The position numbers were made by a program, and so were the translations under genes. From Macrostomum lignano (taxonomy: Eukaryota): 64,000 nucleotides of DNA. The stretch lies in the NCBI GenBank assembly GCA_002269645.1, contig NIVC01000597.1:62001-126000 (forward strand), in the 5' to 3' direction. Below the pieces are notes generated by a model that was not told the origin of the DNA, made no database searches, and saw only the letters and a list, made by a program, of their open reading frames with translations. Below, piece by piece: positions 27,320 through 40,342 of the stretch; within the stretch, counting starts at the first letter, position 1; the number at the start of each line of letters is the position of its first letter.

Positions 27320-28835
27320 CATTTCTGGAAGGGTATTTATACAAAAGATACCCACCACTGGAAGGGTATTTATACAAAAGATATCCACCACTGGAAGGGT
27401 ATTTATACAAAAGATACCCACCACTGGAAGGGTATTTATACAAAAGATACCCACCACTGGAAGGGTATTTATACAAAAGATACCCACCACTGGAAGGGTA
27501 TTTATACAAAAGATACCAACCTCTGGAAGGGTATTTATACAAAAGATACCCACCACTGGAAGGGTATTTATACAAAAGATACCCACCACTGGAAGGGTAT
27601 TTATACAAAAGATACCCACCACTGAAAGGGTATTTATACAAAAGATATCCACCACTGGAAGGGTATTTATACAAAAGATACCCACCACTGGAAGGGTATT
27701 TATACAAAAGATACCCACCACTGGAAGGGTATTTATACAAAAGATACCCACCACTGGAAGGGTATTTATACAAAAGATATCCACCACTGGAAGGGTATTT
27801 ATACAAAAGATACCCACCACTGGAAGGGTATTTATACAAAAGATATCCACCACTGGAAGGGTACTTATACAAAAGATACCCACCACTGGAAGGGTATTTA
27901 TACAAAAGATACCCACCACTGGAAGGGTATTTATACAAAAGATATCCACTACTGGAAGGGTATTTATACAAAAGATACCAACCTCTGGAAGGGTATTTAT
28001 ACAAAAGATACCCACCACTGGAAGGGTATTTATACAAAAGATACCAACCTCTGGAAGGGTATTTATACAAAAGATACCCACCACTGGAAGGGTATTTATA
28101 CAAAAGATACCCACCACTGGAAGGGTATTTATACAAAAGATACCCACCACTGGAAGGGTATTTATACAAAAGATACCCACCACTGGAAGGGTATTTATAC
28201 AAAAGATATCCACCACTGGAAGGGTATTTATACAAAAGATATCCACCACTGGAAGGGTATTTATACAAAAGATACCCACCACTGGAAGGGTATTTATACA
28301 AAAGATATCCACCACTGGAAGGGTACTTATACAAAAGATATCCACTACTGGAAGGGTATTTATACAAAAGATACCAACCTCTGGAAGGGTATTTATACAA
28401 AAGATACCCACCACTGGAAGGGTATTTATACAAAAGATACCCACCACTGGAAGGGTATTTATACAAAAGATACCCACCACTGGAAGGGTATTTATACAAA
28501 AGATATCCACTACTGGAAGGGTATTTATACAAAAGATACCAACCTCTGGAAGGGTATTTATACAAAAGATACCCACCTTTGTAGGGGTATTTATACAAAA
28601 GATACCTACCTCTGTAGGGGTATTTATACAAAGGATACCCACCTCTGGAAGGGTATTTATACAAAAGATACCCACCACTGAAGGGGTATTTACACAACGG
28701 ATACCCACCTCTGGAAGGGTATTTATACTACGGATACCCACCTCTGGAAGGGTATTTATACAACGGATACCCACCTCTGGAAGGGTATTTATACAACGGA
28801 TACCCACCACTGGAAGGGTATTTATACAAAGGATT
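27320..28835. repeat. 33-bp minisatellite (CACTGGAAGGGTATTTATACAAAAGATACCCAC), ~45 copies
   Basis: Highly homogeneous tandem array with more diverged units at the right edge. Confidence 0.97.
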
Positions 28836-29269
28836 TACACAAAGGCCCTGGCTATAACTATAGGTTAGCTATTGATCGTTTTACTAAATTTAACCCCCAC
28901 CCTTTTTGAAAGCCGATCAATACAGTCTCGCATTCGTGCACTTGTATAGTAAATGCTTATATAAGTTCCTGAATGGGCCACCAAACAGCGATGGTCGATA
29001 GGCCAGTTCTCATTTTGGATGATTTAAATTCTATAGCTACTCACTCATACAGAGGTAGGAGGGAGCAGACAGAGAGGTGCGATCCAATCAAAAGTCTATC
29101 TATCCATCTATACATTGTCAGTGGCGTATGCAGCGGCGAGTATAGGAGGCGTCCCACCCTCCCGACATCGACCGCTCCTCAAGAAAACTAAATGAAAGAG
29201 GCAACACCGAACTCGACAAAGGACAGGAGCTCAACTTCCGCCACCTCTTGGACGTGGCATCCAGCGGCC

Positions 29270-29990
29270 GAGAAGACAGGGGTGGCTAGGGGCCCGCACA
29301 CCAAGAGACAGTGGCGCCCCACCCAGGAGATAGGGCGCCCCACCCAGGAGACAGGGGGCCCGCACACCAAGAGACAGTGGCGCCCCACCCAGGAGACAGT
29401 GGCGCCCCACCCAGGAGACAGTGGCGCCCCACCCAGGAGATAGGGGCGCCCCACCCAGGAGACAGTGGCGCCCCACCTAGGAGACAGGCGTCCACCCAGG
29501 AGATAGGGGCGCCCCACCCAGGAGATAGGGCGCCCCACCCAGGAGATAGGGCGCCCCACCCAGGAGATAGGGCGCCCCACCCAGGAGATAGGGGCGCCCC
29601 ACCCAGGAGACAGGCGTCCACCCAGGAAACAGGGGCGCCTCACTCAGGAGACAGGGGCGCCCCACCCAGGAGACAGTGGCGCCCCACCCAGGAGACAGTG
29701 GCGCCCCACCCAGGAGACAGTGGCGCCCCACCTAGGAGACAGTGGCGACAGGAGATAGGAGACAGGGGCGCCCCACCCAGGAGACAGGCGTCCACCCAGG
29801 AAACAGGGGCCCGCACACCAAGAGACAGTGGCGCCCCACCCAGGAGATAGGGCGCCCCACCCAGGAGAGTGGCGCCCCACCCAGGAAACAGTGGCGCCCC
29901 ACCCAGGAGGCAGGGGCGCCCATTCAGGCAACAGTGGCGCTAACCCAGGCGACAGTGGCGCTAACCCAGGAGATAGAGGCGCCAACAAAG
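29270..29990. repeat. GC-rich ~20-22 bp minisatellite (GGCGCCCCACCCAGGAGACAGT)
   Basis: Variable tandem units. Confidence 0.92.
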
Positions 29991-30154
29991 CGATAGGCGT
30001 TCTTCACCAAGAGATTCACCAAGAGGCTCTCAGGAGACTGAGAGATTTTGGCGCCAATTTAGCTTTGCAGGTGAGATTTGGGAATTAGCAATGGCAGGAT
30101 TTTAATACTCATACCTACCCTTCTCTCTCGCACAGACCAGTCAGTCAACCTTCA

Positions 30155-30545
30155 GTGCTAAAACTAATCAGTCAGAGCTGCTGGGGCGGCCTGTCAGCTC
30201 CGCCAAAACCAGTTTTTTAGTCCAGGTCAAGGCTCACGGGGGGAAATTGCTGAAATATTAAGGGCTTACAGTGGGATTTCTGAGATGTTAGGGCTCACGG
30301 GGGGATAACTGAGATGTCAAGGCTGAGGCCAGAAGCTACATGTAGTTTATCCAAAAATTTGTATTCCATTCTTTGTTGACTTCCCTACGGGGGGGGGGCG
30401 CTGATCGCTAGTCCATATACTAAAAATCGTTTGTTCGTATGCCCATTCATATGCGATTGATTTTTGAAAATTCAGTGCTCAAACTAATCAGTCAGAGCTG
30501 CTGGAGCGGCCTGTCGGTTCCGCCAAAACCAGGCTTTTTATTCGA
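30155..30545 (+). mobile_element. Non-autonomous Helitron-like fragments with a head-to-tail junction at 30411/30412
   Basis: GGGGGGCGCTGATCG-CTAG is followed directly by TCCATATACTAAAAAT plus GTTTGTT. A ~60-bp segment is duplicated at ~30155 and ~30475. The termini match those of the 34880-37271 element. Confidence 0.6.
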
Positions 30546-30719
30546 ACGAGTTGGCAACAAAATTAATTTTCTGCTAATTGATTGATTAAATCACACCGGA
30601 TTCGTGGGAAGGGGATGGCTTTAAATAAAATAGCTCACGTTTACAATAAAAATTTAGTCCTTCTCAGAAATTAGACATGAATTTATAATTTAATATGTCA
30701 TTTATGCCCCTTAGATGCC

Positions 30720-31670
30720 TCACGTCTCATAGATTGATTTCTCACGTCTCATAGTATGATCTCTCACATCTCATAGTATCATTTCTCACATCTCATAGAT
30801 TGATTTCTCTCATCTCATAGATTGATTTCTCACATCTCATAGATTGATTTCTCACATCTCATAGATTGATTTCTCACATCTCATAGATTGATTTCTCACA
30901 TCTCATAGATTGATTTCTCACATCTCATAGAGTGATTTCTCACATCTCATAGATTGATTTCTCACATCTCGTAGATTGATTTCTCACATCTCGTAGATTG
31001 ATTTCTCACATCTCATAGATTGATTTCTCACATCTCGTAGATTGATTTCTCACATCTCGTAGATTGATTTCTCACATCTCATAGATTGATTTCTCACATC
31101 TCGAAGATTGATTTCTCACATCTCATAGATTGATTTCTCACATCTCATAGATTGATTTCTCTCATCTCATAGAGTGATTTCTCACATCTCATAGATTGAT
31201 TTCTCACATCTCGTAGATTGATTTCTCACATCTCGTAGATTGATTTCTCACATGATTTCTCACATCTCATAGATTGATTTCTCACATCTCGTAGATTGAT
31301 TTCTCACATCTCGTAGATTGATTTCTCACATCTCATAGATTGATTTCTCACATCTCATAGAGTGATTTCTCACATCTCATAGATTGATTTCTCACATCTC
31401 ATAGATTGATTTCTCACATCTCATAGATTGATTTCTCACATCTCGTAGATTGATTTCTCACATCTCATAGATTGATTTCTCACATCTCGTAGATTGATTT
31501 CTCACATCTCGTAGATTGATTTCTCACATCTCATAGATTGATTTCTCACATCTCGTAGATTGATTTCTCACATCTCATAGATTGATTTCTCACATCTCGT
31601 AGATTGATTTCTCACATCTCATAGATTGATTTCTCACATCTCGTAGATTGATTTCTCACATCTCATCTCA
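30720..31670. repeat. 22-bp minisatellite (TCTCATAGATTGATTTCTCACA)
   Basis: About 43 tandem copies with an A/G variant (CATAG/CGTAG). Confidence 0.96.
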
Positions 31671-32519
31671 CGATTGTATGAAGTTGAAAACTCAAAGTAC
31701 ACAAAAATAAAAATACGCGGAAGCTTTTAAAGTAAAAAAATTGCTTAATGATATGCCTTTTCTTTATACTTGGTACTGGAAAATTAAACAGGTAAAACAC
31801 CTCAAAGGCTCAAACAAAATTGAAAGAAAGTTCGTTTGGAAATTAAAAAAAGTCAATTGAAACAGAGATCTGATCCAAAATAGCGTGCTTTCTCCCTCAT
31901 TAATAAATATGCAAATTTCAGATGCCCCCGTGGTGTCAACTTTAACAGATAAAAAAATAAATACTGTGTCGCTCAGGATGCAAATTTTCAGCGTCAGAGG
32001 TCCCGCCGTCAGGTTCGATGACTGCCACTGGGGAATTAATTAATTCACCGCCAATTAATTCGGGCCAGACTAACCAAACCCTCCCCCCTCCGCCTGAACC
32101 AAACCGTGGCGGATGAACTTTTCCGGCCGATAAGAGAGAATGGGGGGGTTGGGGTAGAGGTTTGGTTTGGGGGTGGGGGTTGGGGGTTTGGTTTGAGGGT
32201 TGGGCCTGGCGCGCTGGATGCGCCGGGACACAGCGGGGAGTCGGCGGCGGCGACGGCCCGCCAGTCGGACAAAAAAAGGGCGACGTCAAGAGTTGGGTGA
32301 TAAACTCATTTATATATGAATAAGGGAGGGCCCGTGGCCGCGCAGAGAGCTTTAACAGCGGCTTGCGTGTATAATTCCATATTAACTATGTATAAAAATA
32401 GTAAGCCTAAACGTATAATTCTTGGGGAGGGAGGGGGCGGGTAGAAAAACTAAAGCCTAATAATGATGGATTCGCGTCGAGACTCAGCCGACAGGCGAGC
32501 AAAAAAGTTCGAATATTTT

Positions 32520-35500
32520 TCAAAGTCCACCGCCGGAACGGTCAACCGGAATTCGGGCGTCCTGTTGCGGCTTTTTGTAATTAGCGGCTGACGAATCGCC
32601 GAGCACGTGCTTGAATCGGGATGAGCCAACGAAGCCGCTCTTAGTGGCTGACATGTACTGCAGAGCGGTTGTTAGCGTTCTTTGTCATTTAGAGCATATT
32701 CTGAGCACACTGATTCTGAGCACACTGATTCTGAGCACACTGATTCTGAGCACACTGATTCTGAGCACTCTGATTCTGAGCACTCTGATTCTGAGCACAC
32801 TGATTCTGAGCACACTGAATTTGAGCACACTGATTCTGAGCACACTGATTCTGAGCACACTGATTCTGAGCACACTGATTCTGAGCACACTGATTCTGAG
32901 CACACTGATTCTGAGCACACTGATTCTGAGCACACTGATTCTGAGCACACTGATTCTGAGCACACTGATTCTGAACACACTGATTCTGAGCACACTGATT
33001 CTGAGCACACTGATTCTGAGCACACTGATTCTGAGCACAATATTTTGGGCCAAAGTCACCGTCAAGAATAAAGTATATAAAAGTATTTTTAATAGTTTTA
33101 GCCGCCAATTAAAGAGTGGAAGTGCTGTGCTAAAAAGTACTAAAACCTACTGCTTATGCAATTGCAATTAAATAGGCCAATTTCGGAATAATCCGGACTG
33201 GACGACGGAAGCAGCGCGCTCCCAGAATCCGGCCAGACCGATGGGGATAGCAAACGGAGTCTGGGCTTCATCCCGTTCGGTCATCAATTTCACAGTGTTT
33301 TTTTTATCACAAAAATCGGTTTTCACCAGCACTTTGGGAAATTAAATTTCTGCTCGCAGTAAAGGTTTCTCAATATTTGTTTATCCCATTAATTTTTTTC
33401 CTAAGCCAAAGCAGCTCACCTGCAGAAACTCGGATATTTCGATGCGGCCATTTCTGTTGAGATCGACTTCGTCGATAATCTCTCTGATCTGGTGCGGCTC
33501 CAGCCTGTGATCCGAGTCCTGACAGGAAACAAATTGTGAAATTTTTAAGCTTTTGAGTTTGAGTAAGCCTTGCTATTGCAGAAATTGGTTAAGACGCAAT
33601 TAAAATTGATTTACCAATTAAGGGGTGGAACAGATAGGGGATAGAACAGGCAGGGATTAATTTTAATCAATTGTTTATTGCCTTCTTACTGATAAAACTA
33701 CAGTATTAAAAAACTTTCTTAGAAAAATACTTTCTAGTCGAAGGCAAAATAAGAGATAGCGTGCACTAATAGATAATCAGTAAGAGAAATCCCAAATTAT
33801 AGGATAAGGGGAATCTCAGATAATGCGATAAAGGGAATCCCAGATAATGCGAAAAGGGGAATCCCAGATTATGCGATAACGGGAATCCCAGATTCTACGA
33901 TAAGGGAATCCCAGATTTTACGATGAGGGAATCCCAGATTTTACGATGAGGGAATCCCAGATTTTACGATGAGGGAATCCCAGATTCTACGATGAGGGAA
34001 TCCCAGATTCTACGATGAGGGGAATCCCAGATTCTACGATGAGGGGAATCCCAGATTCTACGATGAGGGGAATCCCAGATTTTACGATGAGGGAATCCCA
34101 GATTCTACGATGAGGGAATCCCAGATTCTACGATGAGGGGAATCCCAGATTCTACGATGAGGGGAATCCCAGATTTTACGATGAGGGAATCCCAAATTCT
34201 ACGATGAGGGAATCCCAGATTCTACGATGAGGGGAATCCCAGATTCTACGATGAGGGGAATCCCAGATTCTACGATAAGGGGAATCCCAGTTTCTAAGAT
34301 ACAATAAAGGTAAGGCAGTATTAAGGTAAACTAGACAAGCAGTAATATTGTATTGGCAGCGTACCTTAAAGAATCGCTCCATATCGGACAAAGTGATGAA
34401 TCCTTTATTATCCGAGTCGATTGATCGGAATTTTTTGGTAAGATCGGCCACCTCCTCGCTAGACAGATTGATCGGATGCCGCCGCCGTTCAACCAGTTTC
34501 AGATTGTAGCCCATCTCGTGCTGCAGGTAGCGCTTGCAGTGCTTGAATTCTTCGCGGCACTTTTCATCGGACCAGCCGAGCTCCTCGGCCATGATGGCTA
34601 CGACGCGGGGCAGGGCCTCGGCGGCGGCGTGCACGTTGGTGAAGGCAAGCCGGGTGCGTCTGGCCAGGATGTCGATGGCTCGGCAGGCGTACTCTTGGCA
34701 GGCCCAGCGTACCTTGACGAAGGGGGGGGGGGCGAGAGGGACTTAGGGATTTTCCTCATCTTACCTTGTATTTTCTTTGCCCAGAATTTTCAAGATATGG
34801 GATTCTCCATATCTTATAGTCGGGGATTCCCTTTGATGGGATTCTCTTATTTTAGTCGGTAATGTACATAGTCTGGAGATCCTATATACTAAAAATGAAA
34901 ATCTTGCTTGCTTGCTTGCTTGTAATCGATTAGAGAAAAAATGGCTTAACCGATTTTCATGAGACTTGCACTGTTCGATCAGAAATTTTCCCGTGACGGT
35001 ACATGCATCTTGGCTAAGAAATTGCTCCATGTTAAAGGGATTAAATATTCGAAAAACATGCTTTTTTGCAAAGGTCAAGCAAACTTTTCGACTTGAAATG
35101 CATTGTAAGAATGCTAGAGAAAAAACTGACTGGTTGAATTCTGATTCTGAAATAGATTGCATCATAAATGAATTGTAACTCCGACTTGAATTGCGTCACA
35201 GTATTGAAAATGCAGTGTGGAAGCGTAGCACCAGACGTGATTTAGATTGCGTAACCATATTGTCAACTTTAATTGAGACTGATACTGACTTGCCTGGGAA
35301 ATTGATTATGTCATAACTGCTTCGTTAGTGAGTGTTGAATTATATAAGTGCTACAATCTCATTTATAAATTCAATAATAGCTAGCCTAGATGTGAACAGA
35401 CTAGACTGCAAATGCAGCGACCTGGGTTCGAATCTTAGTAGTGAAAAGTTTTTTTATTAAAAGCTTTTATTAAAGGACAAATAAAGGACAAAAGGCGTCA

Positions 35501-38500
35501 TGTAAAAAAGCATAGAAGCGTCATGTAAACAATCATTGAAGCGTCATGTAAAAATCATAGAAGCGTCATGTAAACAATCATAGAAGCGTCATGTAAAAAA
35601 TCATAGAAGCGTCATGTAAACAATCATAGAAGCGTCATGTAAAAAATCATAAAAGCGTCATGTAAACAATCATAGAAGCGTCATGTAAAAAATCATAGAG
35701 GTGTCATGTAAAAATCATAGAAGCGTCATGTAAACAATCATAGAAGCGTCATGTAAAAAATCATAGAAGCGTCATGTAAAAAATCATAGAAGCGTCATGT
35801 AAAAAATCATAAAAGCGTCATGTAAACAATCATAGAAGCGTCATGTAAAAAATCATAGAAGCGTCATGTAAACAATCATAGAAGCGTCATGTAAAAAATC
35901 ATAGAAGCGTCATGTAAAAAATCATAGAAGCGTCATGTAAAAAATCATAGAAGCGTCATGTAAAAAATCATAGAAGCGTCATGTAAAAAATCATAGAAGC
36001 GTCATGTAAACAATCATAGAAGCGTCATTAAAAAAAAGCCTTATATAAAAACTAATGGAAGTGTCATTTGAGAAATCATAGAAGCGTCATGGAAGAATAA
36101 AAGAAGCGTCATGTAAAAATCAAACAAAGCGTCATGTCAGACCTGAAAGAAGTGTCATGTAAAAATTAAAAGAAGCTATTGTGCTGTGCTGGGGAGACTT
36201 ACTGAGATGTCAAGGCTTACGGAGAAAAACTGAGATTACGGGGGGGGGGGGGTTTCTGAGCTGTCAAAGCAAAATCAGAAACTACTTCAAACTTCATGTA
36301 CTTTCCTCAATTTTTTTTTACATTCTTTGTTGGCTCGCCACGGGGGGCGCTGATAGAAGAAGAGTCATGTAAAAAAGAAAAGAAGCACTATGTATACATA
36401 AAAGAAAAGTCATGTCGAAGTTAAAAGATTCATTTGGGAATTGCTACGATGTCAAGGCTTGGAGGGAATCGTTATAGTGCTGTGATTCTTAAAGAAGGAA
36501 TCACTAAAATGTCAAGGCTTAGGGGAGAAGAATTGCTGAGATTTCAAGGCTTTAGGTTGGGTTAAAGTTAGGTTTAGGTCAGGTTTGGGTTGAGGGTTAG
36601 ATTTTAGCGGGTTTCAAGGTTAACAGGGGATTTTTCAGATATCAAGGTTTATGGGGGGCATTCCTGACATGTCAAGGCTAACGGGGGGAATAGCTGAGAT
36701 GTCAAGGCTCATGGGGGAATAAATGAGATGTCAAGGCTAAAGTCAGAAGCAAGGACTACTTAAGTAGTCCTTGGTCAGAAGCTACATGTAGTCTATTGAA
36801 AACTTTTTTTCAATATTTGTTGGCTCCTCACGGGAGGGATCGCTGATAGAAAAAGCGTAATGTAAAAAATAAAAGAAGCTTCATGTCGAAGTTAAGAGAT
36901 TCATTTGGGAATCCCTACGATGTCGAGGCTTCCAGGGAATCGCTATAATGCTGTAGTGCTATAATGACTGTTGGAGAGAATTACTGAAATGTCAATGCTT
37001 TAGGGTTAGGGTTAGGGTTAGGGTTAGGGCTAGGGTTAGGGCTAGGGTTAGGGCTAGGGTTAGGGTTAGAAGGTTGACAGATTTTTTAAGATTTCAAGGC
37101 TTATGGGGCATTGCTAAGATGTCAAGGGGATTGATATGCTAAGGCTTGTGGGGGGATTTTCTGACATGTCAAGGCTTACAAGGTATAATGCAAAGAGACG
37201 CTTACATGTAGTTTATTAAAAAAACTTGTACTGCATTTTTTGGCTCCCCAACGGGGGGCGCTGATTGCTAGTCTCTTACTATGCATGCATTTTTTATCTT
37301 GGTCTTAACCATCTAACCATCTAATTAATCGGGATTTCTCTTATGTGGGATTTCCTTCATCTGGGATTTCCCCTTACACCCTTACATAAGATTTCACTTA
37401 GATGGGATCTCCCTTATCTGGGATTTCCCTTATATGGGATTTCCCTTATATGGGATTTCCCTTATATGGGATTTCCCTTATCTTAAATTTACTCTAACTT
37501 CAGAATCAGAATTTACCACCTCTTTAGTACATTTATTCATAAATAAATCGCGCCTTCGTTTTGCCCTCGAACTAGCCTACTCACAATAGTTAGTAGTAAA
37601 TATTGTTAAAAAAGCCAAAAGTTAAAGTCACCTCCGATTCCAAATACGGATAGTTTGGATGCAGCCGTTTGCCAACAACTGGCCACCGATGCCCGCTGAG
37701 CGGCTCCAGCCGGATCAAGTCCAGGCACTTGTCCCCGTACAGGCAGGACAGGTGCTTGGCCACGGTCGGTTCAACGCCGAACTCCTGCACTAGGCGAATA
37801 AACAGATTAGGCGACCAATTGTAAGCGCCTAACAGCATGAGGCCGCTAGTGCGGCATGGACCCTTGGGCTGCAGGCCGGCCACTTCAATGGCCGTATCAA
37901 TGGCCTCTTCGCTCATTTGTCTGTAGGTGGTCCATTTACCGCCCGCTATGGTTATTAAGCGACTGTCAGACACTTCTATGATATGGTTGCGAGCGATGCT
38001 TTGCGTGTCCTGCTTGTTTGGGTCCGTCACCAGGGGCCTGATGCCTGCGGTCGGGTGAGGGGAGATGCAAGGCTTGTATGCCGGTTTTGGCAGCGTCCAT
38101 GCACCACTGGAAGCCCCATCCGTTGGCTGTACTCCCTTCTCCGTTCTATTCCCTTCTCCGTTCTACCCCCTTCTCCGTTCTACTCCCTTCTCCGTTCTAC
38201 TCCCTTCTCCGTTCTACTCCCTTCTCCGTTCTACTCCCTTCTCCGTTCTACTCCCATGTCCGTTCTACTCCCTTCTCCGTTCTACTCCCTTCTCCGTTCT
38301 ACTCCCTTCTCCGTTCTACTCCCTTCTCCGTTTTACTCCCTTCTCCGTTCTACTCCCTTCTCCGTTCTACTCCCATGTCCGTTCTACTCCCTTCTCCGTT
38401 CTACTCCCTTCTCCGTTTTACTCCCTTCTCCGTTCTACTCCCTTCTCCGTTCTACTCCCTTCTCCGTTCTACTCCCTTCTCCGTTCTACTCCCTTCTCCG

Positions 38501-38954
38501 TTCTACTCCCTTCTCCGTTCTACTCCCTTCTCCGTTCTACTCCCTTCTCCGTTCTACTCCCTTCTCCGTTCTACTCCCTTCTCCGTTCTACTCCCTTCTC
38601 CGTTCTACTCCCATGTCCGTTCTACTCCCTTCTCCGTTCTGCTCCCTTCTCCGTTCTGCTCCCTTCTCCGTTCTACTCCCTTCTCCGTTCTACTCCCATG
38701 TCCGTTCTACTCCCTTCTCCGTTCTACTCCCATGTCCGTTCTACTCCCTTCTCCGTTCTACTCCCTTCTTCATTATACTCCTTCATTGGGGATAATGAAC
38801 TTCATTATCGGCCCGCTACGTCGACCGCCTTTTTGAAGATGCGCGAGCACCCAGCCAGACGGCCGGTGTGAAGCACATTAGAGACCTGGCTCTGAAACGC
38901 GCGATTTGACGCTCCCCCCTCTTGGCCACTCCCGTGGCTGGCGTGGGGCGTAAC

Positions 38955-38988
<34 letters not shown>

Positions 38989-39903
38989 CTCCCTTCTCCG
39001 TTCTACTCCCTTCTCCGTTCTACTCCCTTCTCCATTATACTCCCTTCTCCGTTCTATTCCCTTTACCGTTCTATTCCCTTTACCGTTCTATTCCCTTTAC
39101 CGTTCTATTCCCTTTACCGTTCTATTCCCTTTACCGTTCTATTCCCTTTACCGTTCTATTCCCTTTACCGTTCTATTCCCTTTACCGTTCTATTCCCTTC
39201 TCCGTTCTATTCCCTTTACCGTTCTATTCCCTTTACCGTTCTATTCCCTTTACCGTTATACTCCCCCGTCCGTTGACGGCAACGCATTCCAGAACAAAAA
39301 CAGCCTGCAGACTCACCAGACCAAGCGCTGAGCACGTCTCCTCGTCTAATAACAATCTCCGGGGATAGGTAATGCTTAATCTCGTGCAGGATAAACTTGA
39401 CATCCTCCTCGGCCGGATGGGGACTGTCTGATACAGTGCAGGGGGTGTCGGTCGTGCCGGCTATGGTGCAGTTCTGCCACGGTAGAAAGAATATCACCCT
39501 ACCGTCGGCCGTGGCCGGGTCTAGCAATCCCATCATCTCCGGACTGTAATAGTCTGGCAGGCTGATGTGAACTCCGGCGCTGGGGGCCACTATGCCAGGC
39601 TTGCTGGGGCTGTCCATCAGCCTGACAGAGTCTGTATAGGGCCCGGTTGCGTTCACTATGCATTTGGCTCTGACAGTGAACTCCTTGCCAGTCATGTTGT
39701 CAACGACTCTGGCACCGGTCAGGACTTCTTTGCCGGTGGCTGGGTCAACCGATTTTAGTAGGCTGTGCACTTCGCAGTAATTGGCTACAGATGCGCCAAG
39801 CTTAGCGGCTGTGAGGCCCAGCGATAGGCACATGCGGGCGTCCTCCTGCTGCCCTGTCATGGTGATTTCAATGTCTGTTTAAACTTACGTTAGTTAGTTA
39901 GTC

Positions 39904-39944
<41 letters not shown>

Positions 39945-39983
39945 ATTAGTTAGTTAGTTAATCAGTTAGTTAGTTAGTTAGTC

Positions 39984-40076
<93 letters not shown>

Positions 40077-40085
40077 TTTAGTTAG

Positions 40086-40124
<39 letters not shown>

Positions 40125-40125
40125 T

Positions 40126-40182
<57 letters not shown>

Positions 40183-40203
40183 CAGTTAGTTAGTTAGTTA
40201 GTC

Positions 40204-40270
<67 letters not shown>

Positions 40271-40299
40271 CAGTTAGTTAGTTAGTTAGTTAGTTAGTA

Positions 40300-40342
<43 letters not shown>

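Larger units (their letters stand above)
34880..37271 (+). mobile_element. Non-autonomous Helitron-like element (~2.4 kb) in GPD2 intron 4
   Basis: A|TCCTATATACTAAAAATG...(CTTG)n...AACCGATTTTCATG at the 5' end; GC-rich CCCAACGGGGGGCGC...CTAG|T at the 3' end; inserted between A and T with no TSD. Confidence 0.7.

Noticed and set aside
32611-33171. SEHTD / CAQNQ / ILSTL pentapeptide-repeat ORFs
   Set aside because: 15-bp minisatellite inside GPD2 intron 6, open in five frames.
33180-33290. Possible alternative GPD2 terminal exon ([16 protein letters not shown]...)
   Set aside because: No suitable AG acceptor in phase, and the conserved terminal exon is present at 32657-32520.
37000-37069. True chromosome end
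   Set aside because: Only about 11 units, internal to a GPD2 intron with continuous gene structure on both sides.
37983-39368. [17 protein letters not shown] repeat ORFs
   Set aside because: 17-bp minisatellite antisense within GPD2 intron 3.
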